The notes under the pieces: model-generated
The model's input: only the letters and a program-made list of their open reading frames with translations
Database searches by the model: none
Told to the model about the DNA's origin: nothing
Program-made: the position numbers and the translations under genes
Part shown: one piece after another, positions 1-7,669 of the stretch
Layout of the letters: every line of letters starts with the position of its first letter
Position numbering within the stretch: position 1 is the stretch's first letter
Assembly: GCA_038320275.1 (NCBI GenBank)
Contig: JBBQEB010000024.1
Span: forward strand, 1-30,912
Origin: Myxococcales bacterium
GTDB taxonomy: Bacteria; Myxococcota; Myxococcia; Myxococcales; Anaeromyxobacteraceae
Reading direction: 5' to 3'
Length of the DNA stretch: 30,912 bases

Positions 1-185
1 TGCAAGCTGGCGACCAGGCCCGTCGCGTCGAGGTGGAGGCGGCTCCGAACCGCACCCCTTGTGAACTCGGCGCAAGAGGTGCGCGGAGGTCACGCCACCA
101 GACGCACGGCGGTTCACCCGCGATCCGGCGGAAAAGGTCGCCCGGCGCCCTACATTTCGGCCCTGGAGCCTCCACCGCGCGCGCC

Positions 186-201
186 TGGCACCGGGCGTGC
201 T
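186..201 (+). promoter_or_regulatory. Putative sigma54 (-24/-12) promoter of the first NHL gene
   Basis: TGGCACcgggcGTGCt has GG at 187-188 and GC at 199-200 (GG-N10-GC), 24 nt before the probable GTG start at 225. Confidence 0.55.
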
Positions 202-224
202 TGGGCAGGGCCTTCCAGGACCCC

Positions 225-1220
225 GTGCCCCACCGCTCCGCCACCTCCGCGCTCCTCGCCGCCACCCTGGCGATGGCGCTGGCCGTCCCCGCGGTCGCGG
301 CGGCCGGCCCCATCCTCACCACCTACCAGTACCACCTCGCCACCAGCACCGGAGTCGTGCCCTTCAGCGGCGTGCAGCTCGCCTACGACCGCTATCACGA
401 CGAGCTCTACGTGATGGGCGATGGCCCGGTGCGGGTCTTCAACGCCACCGGGATGGAGGTCTTCAGCTTCGGCGAGTCCACCGACCTCGGCAACATCCAG
501 AGCGTCGCGGCCACCGAGAACGGCGACCTCATCGCGCTCACCATGGTGGAGGGCAAGCAGGTGTTGATCCGCTGCAACTATCGCGGCGAGCGGCTGGGCG
601 TCATCACGCCGCAGGGCGTCCCGCCGGAGCGGGCCGGGTTCGTGCCGGGCTCGCTGAAGTACGCGAACGGCAGGATCTACCTCGCCAGCCAGGGCGAGAT
701 GACCTTCATGGTCCTGGATGCCGCGGGCAAGTTCGAGGCCTTCTTCGACGCGTACACCCTGGTGGACAGCGAGGACGTCCGCAAGAAGGCGGCGCAGCGG
801 ACCGACCTGGGCGTGCGCGGCTGGAACATCGACAAGGGCGGCAAGATCCTCTTCACGGTGCAGCCGCTCTTCCGCTGCTACGTGCTCTCCCTGGACGGCT
901 CCATCACCGCGTTCGGCACGCGCGGGAGCGGCCCCGGCAAGTTCAACGTCATCTCCGGCATCGCCGGGGACGACCTGGGCAATCTCTACGTCACCGACAT
1001 CCTCAAGTCGGCGGTGATCGCCTTCGACAAGGACTTCCACTTCATCCGCGAGTTCGGCTACCGCGGCCCGAAGCCGTCCAACATCGTGTCGCCGGTGGAC
1101 ATCGCGGCCGGCAACGGCAAGGTCTTCGTGTCCCAGTACGCGCGGCGCGGCGTGAGCGTCTTCAAGGTGGAGACGGACGCGGGCGGCGAAGCGGCGGGCG
1201 GCTCGCGCATCCGGTTCTGA
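225..1220 (+). CDS. Secreted NHL-repeat beta-propeller protein, first gene of the omcS/osc cluster
   Basis: Signal peptide (MPHRSATSALLAATLAMALAVPAVAAA). NHL motifs FGTRGSGPGKFN..SGIAGD..GNLYVTD and FGYRG...SPVDIA. GTG 225 preferred over 33 because AGGA lies upstream and a signal peptide follows. Confidence 0.85.
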   Translation: MPHRSATSALLAATLAMALAVPAVAAAGPILTTYQYHLATSTGVVPFSGVQLAYDRYHDELYVMGDGPVRVFNATGMEVFSFGESTDLGNIQSVAATENGDLIALTMVEGKQVLIRCNYRGERLGVITPQGVPPERAGFVPGSLKYANGRIYLASQGEMTFMVLDAAGKFEAFFDAYTLVDSEDVRKKAAQRTDLGVRGWNIDKGGKILFTVQPLFRCYVLSLDGSITAFGTRGSGPGKFNVISGIAGDDLGNLYVTDILKSAVIAFDKDFHFIREFGYRGPKPSNIVSPVDIAAGNGKVFVSQYARRGVSVFKVETDAGGEAAGGSRIRF

Positions 1221-1300
1221 GCCGCGAGCGGGGCCGGATGTGACGGTCGCGCCTCGAGGCGACGGGCTGCGGCCGTGGCGAAGCGGAGTCGCAGGGCGGA

Positions 1301-1500
1301 CGACCTTCGACTAACGACCGCGACAGTCGAACTCGACCGCGACCGCGACCACCGACCGCGACCACCGACCTCGACCGCGACCGCGACCGCGACCTCGACC
1401 TTCGACCTTCGACCTTCGACCTTCGACCTTCGACCTCGACCTTCGACCTTCGACCTTCGACTTCGCTTCGACTTCGACCTTCGACCTCGACCGCGACCGC
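1301..1500 (+). repeat. Imperfect tandem array of 6-7 bp CGACC(G/T/TT/AC) units
   Basis: Directly visible: cgaccg, cgacct and cgacctt units over about 200 bp of intergenic DNA. Confidence 0.9.
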
Positions 1501-1541
1501 CTCCGTTCGCCCTCAGCTCGGCGAAGCGGAGTCGAACGGAG
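1501..1541. repeat. REP-like palindromic element
   Basis: ctccgttcg...cgaacggag hairpin. Its core ggcgaagcggagtcg (1520-1534) is an exact repeat of 1277-1291, and a related copy lies at 15311-15350. Confidence 0.6.
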
Positions 1542-1710
1542 CCGCGCTTCGCCTACACTCTCCGTGTCATCACCATTGGTGAAGACGCATGATTTGCGCA
1601 TGGCGCCCCAGACCCAGCGTCAAACCGCTGGGGCGCAGAGTTTGCGCGCTTCCCGCTTTGCGCGCGGCGTACACTCTGCGTAAATGTGGGGCAAGAGTTG
1701 GGTGTGGGGA

Positions 1711-1748
1711 CTGGGTGCTTTGCCCCACTTCTGGGTCTCTACACCCAC
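1711..1748. promoter_or_regulatory. Tandem palindromic activator sites (TGGG-N8-CCCA x2) upstream of the omcS sigma54 promoter
   Basis: TGGGtgctttgcCCCA (1712-1727) and TGGGtctctacaCCCA (1732-1747), 20-bp period, 65-100 bp upstream of the -24 box. Confidence 0.5.
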
Positions 1749-1811
1749 CTACATCCCCCCACCAGGGGAGCGAAATCGCTGGAAAGCGGGCTGTTTCGCG
1801 ATCGCGCCGCT

Positions 1812-1827
1812 GGGCACGCTGTCTGCA
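1812..1827 (+). promoter_or_regulatory. Putative sigma54 promoter of omcS
   Basis: gGGCACGctgtcTGCa has GG at 1813-1814 and GC at 1825-1826 (N10 spacing). Confidence 0.6.
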
Positions 1828-1932
1828 CAAGGGGCAGACCATCGCAGTTGTAGGGCAGGCGGCACCCAAGTCCTCCGCAGTCGCAGCCTCGACGACAACG
1901 CAGCTCATCAGCAGTCCAGGAGAAGACAAGAC

Positions 1933-3237
1933 ATGAAGTTCATGAGACTCGCAGTCGCAGTCGGCTTCGCGCTGGCGTTCGGCAACGCGCAGGCCTTCCA
2001 CTCGGGCGGCGTCGCCGAGTGCGAGGGCTGCCACTCGATGCACAACTCCGAGGGCGGCGTGGCCAACGTCACCGGCATGCCCCAGTACACCTCCGGCCCG
2101 TACCTCCTCAAGGCGAACGATGCGTCGGGCGCCTGCCTCAACTGCCACAACTCGCCCGATGCGGCCGCCACCGGCTACCACATCTCCACCGACGACTCGA
2201 AGCTCGGCCCCGGCCTTCCCCCCGTCGAGATGACCCCCGGCGGCGACTTCGCCTGGCTGAAGAAGACCTACCTCATCCACATCCGTGGCGCGCCGCTCAC
2301 GAACGAGGGCGATCGCCACGGCCACAACATCATCGCCCAGGACTTCGGCTTCGCGGCCGACAAGGAGCTGGTTACCGCTCCCGGCGGCAGCTACCCGGCG
2401 GCGAACCTCGGCTGCCAGAGCTGCCACGACCCGCACGGTAAGTACCGCCGCTTCGCGGACGGCTCGATCGCCACCACCGGTCTCCCCATCTTCGCCTCCG
2501 GCTCCTACGGCACCAGCGCTGCCCCCATCGCCAACGTCTCCGCGGTGGGAGCCTATCGCCTCCTCGGGGGGGTGGCTTACCAGCCGAAGTCGCTCGTCGG
2601 GAACTTTGCCTTCGCCAATACCGTTCCTGCCGCCTCCGCTCCCTCGTCCTACAACCGCGCCGAGACCTCCGGCCAGACCCACGTCGCCTACGGCAAGGGC
2701 ATGTCCGAGTGGTGCGCCAACTGCCACACCGCCATGCTGGAGAACAGCTACGTCTCCGGCATGAAGGGCCTCGTCCACCCGGCCGGCAACGCCGCCAAGC
2801 TCACCGCGCCCATCGTCGCCAACTACAACAGCTACGTGAGCTCGGGCATCATGACCAACACCGACCCGCTCAAGGCCTACTCGACCCTCGCTCCCTTCGA
2901 GCTCGGCACGGCGGACTACACGGTCCTGAATGCCCTCGCCGTCATCACCGACACCAAGGACCAGTCGGCCTCGACGGGCGCCAACGTCTCCTGCCTCTCC
3001 TGCCACCGCGCCCACGCCTCCGCCTTCCAGAGCATGGCCCGCTACAACCTCTCGAACGAGTTCATGACCATCGCCGACGCGTCCAACGCGGCCGCCTACG
3101 ACCCCTCGACGACGGAGAACAAGGTTAACTACGGCTACAACGTCGCCGAGCAGACCAACGCGTACTACGGCCGCGCCGCCACCGCGTTCGGCCCGTACGC
3201 CCGCAACTACTGCAACAAGTGCCACGCCAAGGACTAG
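1933..3237 (+). CDS. omcS: Hexaheme c-type cytochrome, OmcS/OmcT nanowire family
   Basis: AGGAG RBS and Sec signal ending AQA. Mature N-terminus FHSGGVAECEGCHSMHNS, six CxxCH motifs, internal motifs MTPGGDF, GHNI, CHDPHGKYRRF.DGSIATTGLPI and GMSEWCANCH, and C-terminal CNKCHAKD all match G. sulfurreducens OmcS as I recall it. Confidence 0.95.
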   Translation: MKFMRLAVAVGFALAFGNAQAFHSGGVAECEGCHSMHNSEGGVANVTGMPQYTSGPYLLKANDASGACLNCHNSPDAAATGYHISTDDSKLGPGLPPVEMTPGGDFAWLKKTYLIHIRGAPLTNEGDRHGHNIIAQDFGFAADKELVTAPGGSYPAANLGCQSCHDPHGKYRRFADGSIATTGLPIFASGSYGTSAAPIANVSAVGAYRLLGGVAYQPKSLVGNFAFANTVPAASAPSSYNRAETSGQTHVAYGKGMSEWCANCHTAMLENSYVSGMKGLVHPAGNAAKLTAPIVANYNSYVSSGIMTNTDPLKAYSTLAPFELGTADYTVLNALAVITDTKDQSASTGANVSCLSCHRAHASAFQSMARYNLSNEFMTIADASNAAAYDPSTTENKVNYGYNVAEQTNAYYGRAATAFGPYARNYCNKCHAKD

Positions 3238-3265
3238 CCTTCCCAGGTCCGAAGCGGTCGTGACC

Positions 3266-3293
3266 GGGGGACCGCGCGAGCGGTCCCCCTTTT
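3266..3293 (+). terminator. Intrinsic terminator after omcS
   Basis: Perfect 10-bp stem gggggaccgc/gcggtccccc, GCGA tetraloop, followed by tttt(cattt). Confidence 0.85.
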
Positions 3294-3375
3294 CATTTGC
3301 GCCAGGATCTCGGGCCTTTCCGAATCCTGCCCCGTCGTCTAGAGTCGCGCGCCTCGCCGCTGTGCTGGAGGTTGG

Positions 3376-4782
3376 ATGAAAGGCTCGCTGACCGCGGTCG
3401 CCTTCGTCGCAGCGCTGGCCGGCTGCGCCGCGCAGCGCGCCGCCACGCGCACGCTCCCGCCGCTCGGGCAGGGCGAGGGCGAGCTGTACCTGTACCTGGA
3501 AGCGATGCCCCCAGGGTCGCGGCTCGCCTTCACGGTGGAGTCGGTGGCGGCCGTCTCGGCCGAAGGACCTGCGGTCCCGCTGACCGTGGCGAGGGCCGAG
3601 GTCTCGGCCGAAGCGGCCTCCCGCCAGCGGCTCCTGGCCTCCGGGCGGCTCCCGGCAGGCGAGTACCGGGCACTTCTCCTGAAAGTGGGGCGCGCCACCT
3701 TGCGCGACGGCGACAAGGCTCACGATCTGCTCGTCGGGACCGAGGCGAGCCGGGTGGAGCTGCCACTGGTAGTGAGCCGCGGCCGGGCGTCGGTGGTGGC
3801 GCTGGCGCTTGATCCGGGGCGCGCGGTGGACGAGAGCTACCGCTTCACGGCCGCCTTCCGGGCCTCGGTTCCCGACGCGCCGATGATCGCGCGCACCGGG
3901 TACGTGACGAGCACCCCCGCCGCAACGCTCCTCCTTTTCGACCGCCACGACCACCGCGTCGTCGGGGCCCTCCCCACCGGCCGGGAGCCCTGCGGCGTCG
4001 TCCTCGACCCCTCTCGTAATCGGGCCTACGTGGCGCTGGCGGGCGACGACGCCGTGCAGGTGATCGACCTCCCCACCGGCACCGAGCTGGGGCGAGTCAC
4101 CCTGCGAAACGGCGACCGCCCGCGCGAGCTGGGGCTCTCCACCGATGGCCGCACCCTGCTGGTGGTGGAGCAGGGCTCCAACGCGCTCAGCTTCGTGGAC
4201 ACGGCCGGCCTCGCCGAGACCGACCGGCTGGCCACCGGCGAGGAGCCGCGCGCGCTCCTCCTCGACCGCGCCGGGCGGCGCGCCTACGTGCTCAACCACC
4301 GGACGAACAGCGTCACGGTGGTCGATGTCGCCAGCCGGACCCTGGTGACCACCCTCGGCACCGAGGCGGAGCCGGTGCGGGCGCAGCTCAACCGGGCCGG
4401 CGACCGGCTGTATCTCCTGCACGCCGGGTCGCCCTACATGACGGTACTCAGCCTGCCGGCGTTCACCGCGCGCAGCCGGGTCTTCGTCGGGCTGGGCGCC
4501 AGCGCGCTCAAGGTCGATCCCCGCTCCGACCTCGTCTACGTGGGCACCCGGGACGAGGACCGCCTGCAAGTTTTCGATCCCTTCTCGCTCCTGCCGGTGA
4601 GCTTCCTGGAGGTGCCAGGAGGCGCGGGCTATCTCGCCATCGACGACCTGGAGAACGCGCTGTTGGTGCTCTCGGCGGAAGGGCGCTCGCTCTCGTTCGT
4701 GGACCTCACCAGCCGCAGGGTGGTGGGGGCAGTGGACGTGGGTTCGGAGCCGTACCAGCTCGCCGTGCCGGGGGAGCGCTGA
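3376..4782 (+). CDS. oscD: Lipoprotein with YVTN/YncE-type beta-propeller (OscD-like)
   Basis: Lipobox LAG-C and GGAGG RBS. Repeats such as RAYVLNHRTNSVTVVD and TGREP/TGEEP/VGSEP. Symbol assigned from fold and position. Confidence 0.8.
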   Translation: MKGSLTAVAFVAALAGCAAQRAATRTLPPLGQGEGELYLYLEAMPPGSRLAFTVESVAAVSAEGPAVPLTVARAEVSAEAASRQRLLASGRLPAGEYRALLLKVGRATLRDGDKAHDLLVGTEASRVELPLVVSRGRASVVALALDPGRAVDESYRFTAAFRASVPDAPMIARTGYVTSTPAATLLLFDRHDHRVVGALPTGREPCGVVLDPSRNRAYVALAGDDAVQVIDLPTGTELGRVTLRNGDRPRELGLSTDGRTLLVVEQGSNALSFVDTAGLAETDRLATGEEPRALLLDRAGRRAYVLNHRTNSVTVVDVASRTLVTTLGTEAEPVRAQLNRAGDRLYLLHAGSPYMTVLSLPAFTARSRVFVGLGASALKVDPRSDLVYVGTRDEDRLQVFDPFSLLPVSFLEVPGGAGYLAIDDLENALLVLSAEGRSLSFVDLTSRRVVGAVDVGSEPYQLAVPGER

Positions 4783-4862
4783 AGCTGCGCGCGTCTCGCC
4801 TCGTCTCGCAGCGCGCGACAGGGCCGCGCGCGGTTGCCAGCGAGCGTCGGTGCGGGGCCGCG

Positions 4863-7040
4863 GTGGCTCTCGTGGCCGCCCTGGCCTCCCTCGCCTGGTC
4901 TCCCTCGGCCCGCGCCGACACCTCGGCGGTGGCGGAGCCCAGCTACTCCAATTCGAAGCTCGATACGCGCGACGCTTCGGGCGTCACCCACGGGACGCAG
5001 AGCACGCTCGATCAGCGCTACCGCCTCAACCTCGACGAGTCCATCTTCCCGCTGGTGAAGCTGGGGCTGGGCGGCATCTACGACTGGGCGCTCACCTCCG
5101 GCACCACCGAGGGGCTCCGCACCGACCAGGACTCGCGCCGCTGGACCGCCTTCGCCCACCTTCGGGCGGGCGATCCCATCCTCTCCGGCGCGCTCGACTA
5201 CGACCGCAGCCAGCAGAGCGCCGCCTCCACCACCGCCGGCGTGCGCTCGGCGCAGTCGCCCCTGGTGCGCGAGGTCTATGCGGCGGCGCTGGGCTGGCGC
5301 CCGGCCGACCTCCCCACGGTGGACCTGCGCCTCAGCCGCGCGCACCTCTTCGACGAGGCGCGGCTCGCGAGCGATCAGCGCACGGACGAGCTCTTCCTAT
5401 CCTCCACCTACCGCCCGTCGCGCGCCCTCGACCTGGGGTACTCGCTGCGCTTCTCCGACGTGACCGACCAGCTCCATCTCCTGGAGCAGAAGGAGCTCGT
5501 CAACGCGGCCCGCTTCACCTGGTCCGACAAGGTGCTCTCCGATCGCGGCACCGCCTACGTCTCCTACTCCATCGCGAACCGCCGCAGCGATGCCAGCGTC
5601 ACCGGCACCGGCGGCGTCGTCCCCACCCTGCAGGTCGCCACCGCCGGGCTGTCGCTGGTGGAGGCGTTTCCGGCCACCCCGGACCGGGACACGCTGACGC
5701 CCAACCCCGCCCTGGTGGATGGCGAGACCACCCTCTCGGCGGGGCTCGACCTGGGCTTCGCGCCGACGCTGGCGGGCGACCTCGCCTTCCGCGATCTCGG
5801 CGCGAGCTTCGGGGTGACGCTCACCAGCGTCAACGCGGTGTACGTGTACGTGGACCGGCAGCTCCCCCCCGAGGTGGCGCGGGGGGTGGCCTGGGCGGCC
5901 TATACCAGCAACGACAACGTGCTCTGGACGCCGCTCCCGCTCGTGGGCCCGGTGGCCTTCGGGCTCTTCGCGAACCGCTTCGAGATCCCGGTCGCCCGCA
6001 CCGACGCCCGCTTCGTGAAGGTGGTGGCGAAGCCGCTCACCACCGCCGTGACGACCGACCGGCAGTGGGCCAACATCCTCGTCACCGAGGCCCAGTTCCT
6101 GCTCGTGCTCCCCGGCGACCAGGTGCAGCGCCACGTCACCACCACCGGTGGCCAGCTCAGCGCCACCGGCAAGTACGTCATCCTTCGGAACCCCGTCCTC
6201 ACCTTCGACAGCTCGCTCTTCGTCACCCACCAGGACGACCCGGCGCGCCTGACCTGGAGCGTGCTCAATGGCCTCTCTTTCTCGCGGCGGCTCACGGCCG
6301 TGTACGGCCTGAGCGCGCGGGTGGATCGCTCCGATACGCAGGTGGCCGGCGGGCACGAGTCGGAGAACCGCGCCAGCGCGGCGCTCTCGGCCGACTTCCT
6401 GCCCACGCTGGGAGGGGGCCTCACCTACAGCGGCCGCCTCGGCCAGACCCGCCTCGGCACCGCCTTCTCCAACGGCGTGAGCGCGTTTGCCCGGGCCGAC
6501 CTGTACACCGGCGTGAGCGTGTCCTCGAACGCCAGCCTGAACGTGGGGCAGAACGAGCTGCGGCAGACCACCAACAGCACGTCCCTGGCGGCGAGCGCTA
6601 CCCTCAACCCGCACCCCACCACCGCGTTCACCGGCGCCTACGCCCTCTCCCGCAGCTCCATCACCGGGGGGTTGGCACCGGCGCATTCCGACACCAGCTC
6701 GCGCGTGGACGGGACGGTCTCCTTCACGCCCGCACCCGCGCTCTACCTCGCGGCGGGCGCCTCCCACTACGTGACCGGGGGGGCGGGGACGACGCTCGCC
6801 AACGTGGGGCTCAACCTCTCCCCCTTCCCGCGCGGCGACCTCCAGGCCCGCTTCTCGTACAGCGACTCGCTCGACACCTCGTCCAGCCTGCGCCAGCGGA
6901 TCTGGGGCCCGTCCTTGCGCTGGAACATCCGCCGCGGCTGGTTCGCGGATGCCTCGTATACTGTCAACCTCACCCGCACCCCGGCGCTCGAGACGACGAC
7001 CAAGACGTTCTTCGTGTCGCTCGTACTCGCGCTCCGGTGA
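4863..7040 (+). CDS. oscE: Outer-membrane beta-barrel protein with inserted soluble domain (OscE-like)
   Basis: Signal peptide ending ARA. Long Ser/Thr/aromatic-rich alternating beta-strands and a terminal strand FFVSLVLALR. Start uncertain because the frame is open back to CTG 4779. Symbol is positional. Confidence 0.8.
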   Translation: MALVAALASLAWSPSARADTSAVAEPSYSNSKLDTRDASGVTHGTQSTLDQRYRLNLDESIFPLVKLGLGGIYDWALTSGTTEGLRTDQDSRRWTAFAHLRAGDPILSGALDYDRSQQSAASTTAGVRSAQSPLVREVYAAALGWRPADLPTVDLRLSRAHLFDEARLASDQRTDELFLSSTYRPSRALDLGYSLRFSDVTDQLHLLEQKELVNAARFTWSDKVLSDRGTAYVSYSIANRRSDASVTGTGGVVPTLQVATAGLSLVEAFPATPDRDTLTPNPALVDGETTLSAGLDLGFAPTLAGDLAFRDLGASFGVTLTSVNAVYVYVDRQLPPEVARGVAWAAYTSNDNVLWTPLPLVGPVAFGLFANRFEIPVARTDARFVKVVAKPLTTAVTTDRQWANILVTEAQFLLVLPGDQVQRHVTTTGGQLSATGKYVILRNPVLTFDSSLFVTHQDDPARLTWSVLNGLSFSRRLTAVYGLSARVDRSDTQVAGGHESENRASAALSADFLPTLGGGLTYSGRLGQTRLGTAFSNGVSAFARADLYTGVSVSSNASLNVGQNELRQTTNSTSLAASATLNPHPTTAFTGAYALSRSSITGGLAPAHSDTSSRVDGTVSFTPAPALYLAAGASHYVTGGAGTTLANVGLNLSPFPRGDLQARFSYSDSLDTSSSLRQRIWGPSLRWNIRRGWFADASYTVNLTRTPALETTTKTFFVSLVLALR

Positions 7041-7057
7041 GGCGAAGGGAGAACGCC

Positions 7058-7669
7058 ATGTCCATCGCTCGTGTCCTCGTGGATCGCCCGTCGCGGTGGG
7101 GCCTGGCCGCTGCCGCGACGCGAGGAGCGGGGCTGCTCGTGGTCCTCCTCGCGCTCGCCTGCGCCTCCGGGCACCGCTACCAGGACGCGCAGATGGACTT
7201 TGGCTCCGTGAAGACGGTGGCGGTGCTGCCCTTCGCCAACCTCTCGCGCGACAACCTGGCCGGCGAGCGGGTGCGCGACACCTTCGCCAACGCGCTCCTC
7301 GCCACCGGCGCGGTGTACGTGCTGCCCGCGGGCGAGGTGGCGCGGGCGCTGGGCAAGGCGGGGGTGGCCAACGCCGCCGCCCCCAGCAGCGAGGAGATCG
7401 TCAAGCTCTGCCAGGCGGTCAAGGCGGACGCCGTGATCACGGCGGTGGTGAAGGAGTACGGCGAGCTGCGCTCCGGCACCGCCACCGGCAACGTCGCCTC
7501 GGTGAGCGCGCAGATGCTGGAGGGCACCACCGGCAAGGTGGTCTGGGCCGCCAGCACCACCAAGGGAGGCATCGGGCTCTCCGACCGGCTCCTGGGCGGC
7601 GGCGGCGCGCCGCTCAACGACGTCACGGAAGCGGCGGTCGATGACCTCGTCTCGAAGCTGCTCAAGTAG
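7058..7669 (+). CDS. oscF: CsgG/TolB-N-like lipoprotein (OscF-like)
   Basis: GGGAG RBS, lipobox LALA-C, motifs VKTVAVLPFANLS, ADAVITAVVKEY and TGKVVW. Symbol is positional. Confidence 0.8.
   Translation: MSIARVLVDRPSRWGLAAAATRGAGLLVVLLALACASGHRYQDAQMDFGSVKTVAVLPFANLSRDNLAGERVRDTFANALLATGAVYVLPAGEVARALGKAGVANAAAPSSEEIVKLCQAVKADAVITAVVKEYGELRSGTATGNVASVSAQMLEGTTGKVVWAASTTKGGIGLSDRLLGGGGAPLNDVTEAAVDDLVSKLLK

Noticed and set aside
1301..1500. Repeat array as a CRISPR, or as coding (ORFs 1275-1592 and 1311-1601)
   Set aside because: Units are 6-7 bp with no unique spacers and no cas genes. The ORFs are just translations of the repeat (STFDLRP / RSKVEG).
1825..1932. GEMM-I (c-di-GMP/cGAMP) riboswitch in the omcS leader, as in Geobacter
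   Set aside because: There is a loose echo (gggcagacca...ggcacccaagtcctccg), but no GAAA tetraloop or GCAAA motifs, and the predicted sigma54 start (~1838) would cut it. An Infernal search with the c-di-GMP-I model would settle it.
1684..1932. 83-aa N-terminal extension of OmcS from the ORF track
   Set aside because: It overlaps the promoter elements. The RBS and signal peptide point to ATG 1933.
1570..4569. 999-aa minus-strand ORF and other long antisense ORFs (e.g. 9048-11153, 11527-12978, 16379-18319, 29422-30642)
   Set aside because: These are shadow frames of well-supported genes in high-GC DNA, with no motifs of their own.
4850..7057. 939-aa ORF as one fused protein (likewise 11568-14285, 13034-15205, 16030-18639, 26475-28637)
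   Set aside because: The Arg/Pro-rich N-terminal parts are off-frame overlaps of the preceding genes. Only the C-terminal parts, which have an RBS, signal peptide or motifs, are real.
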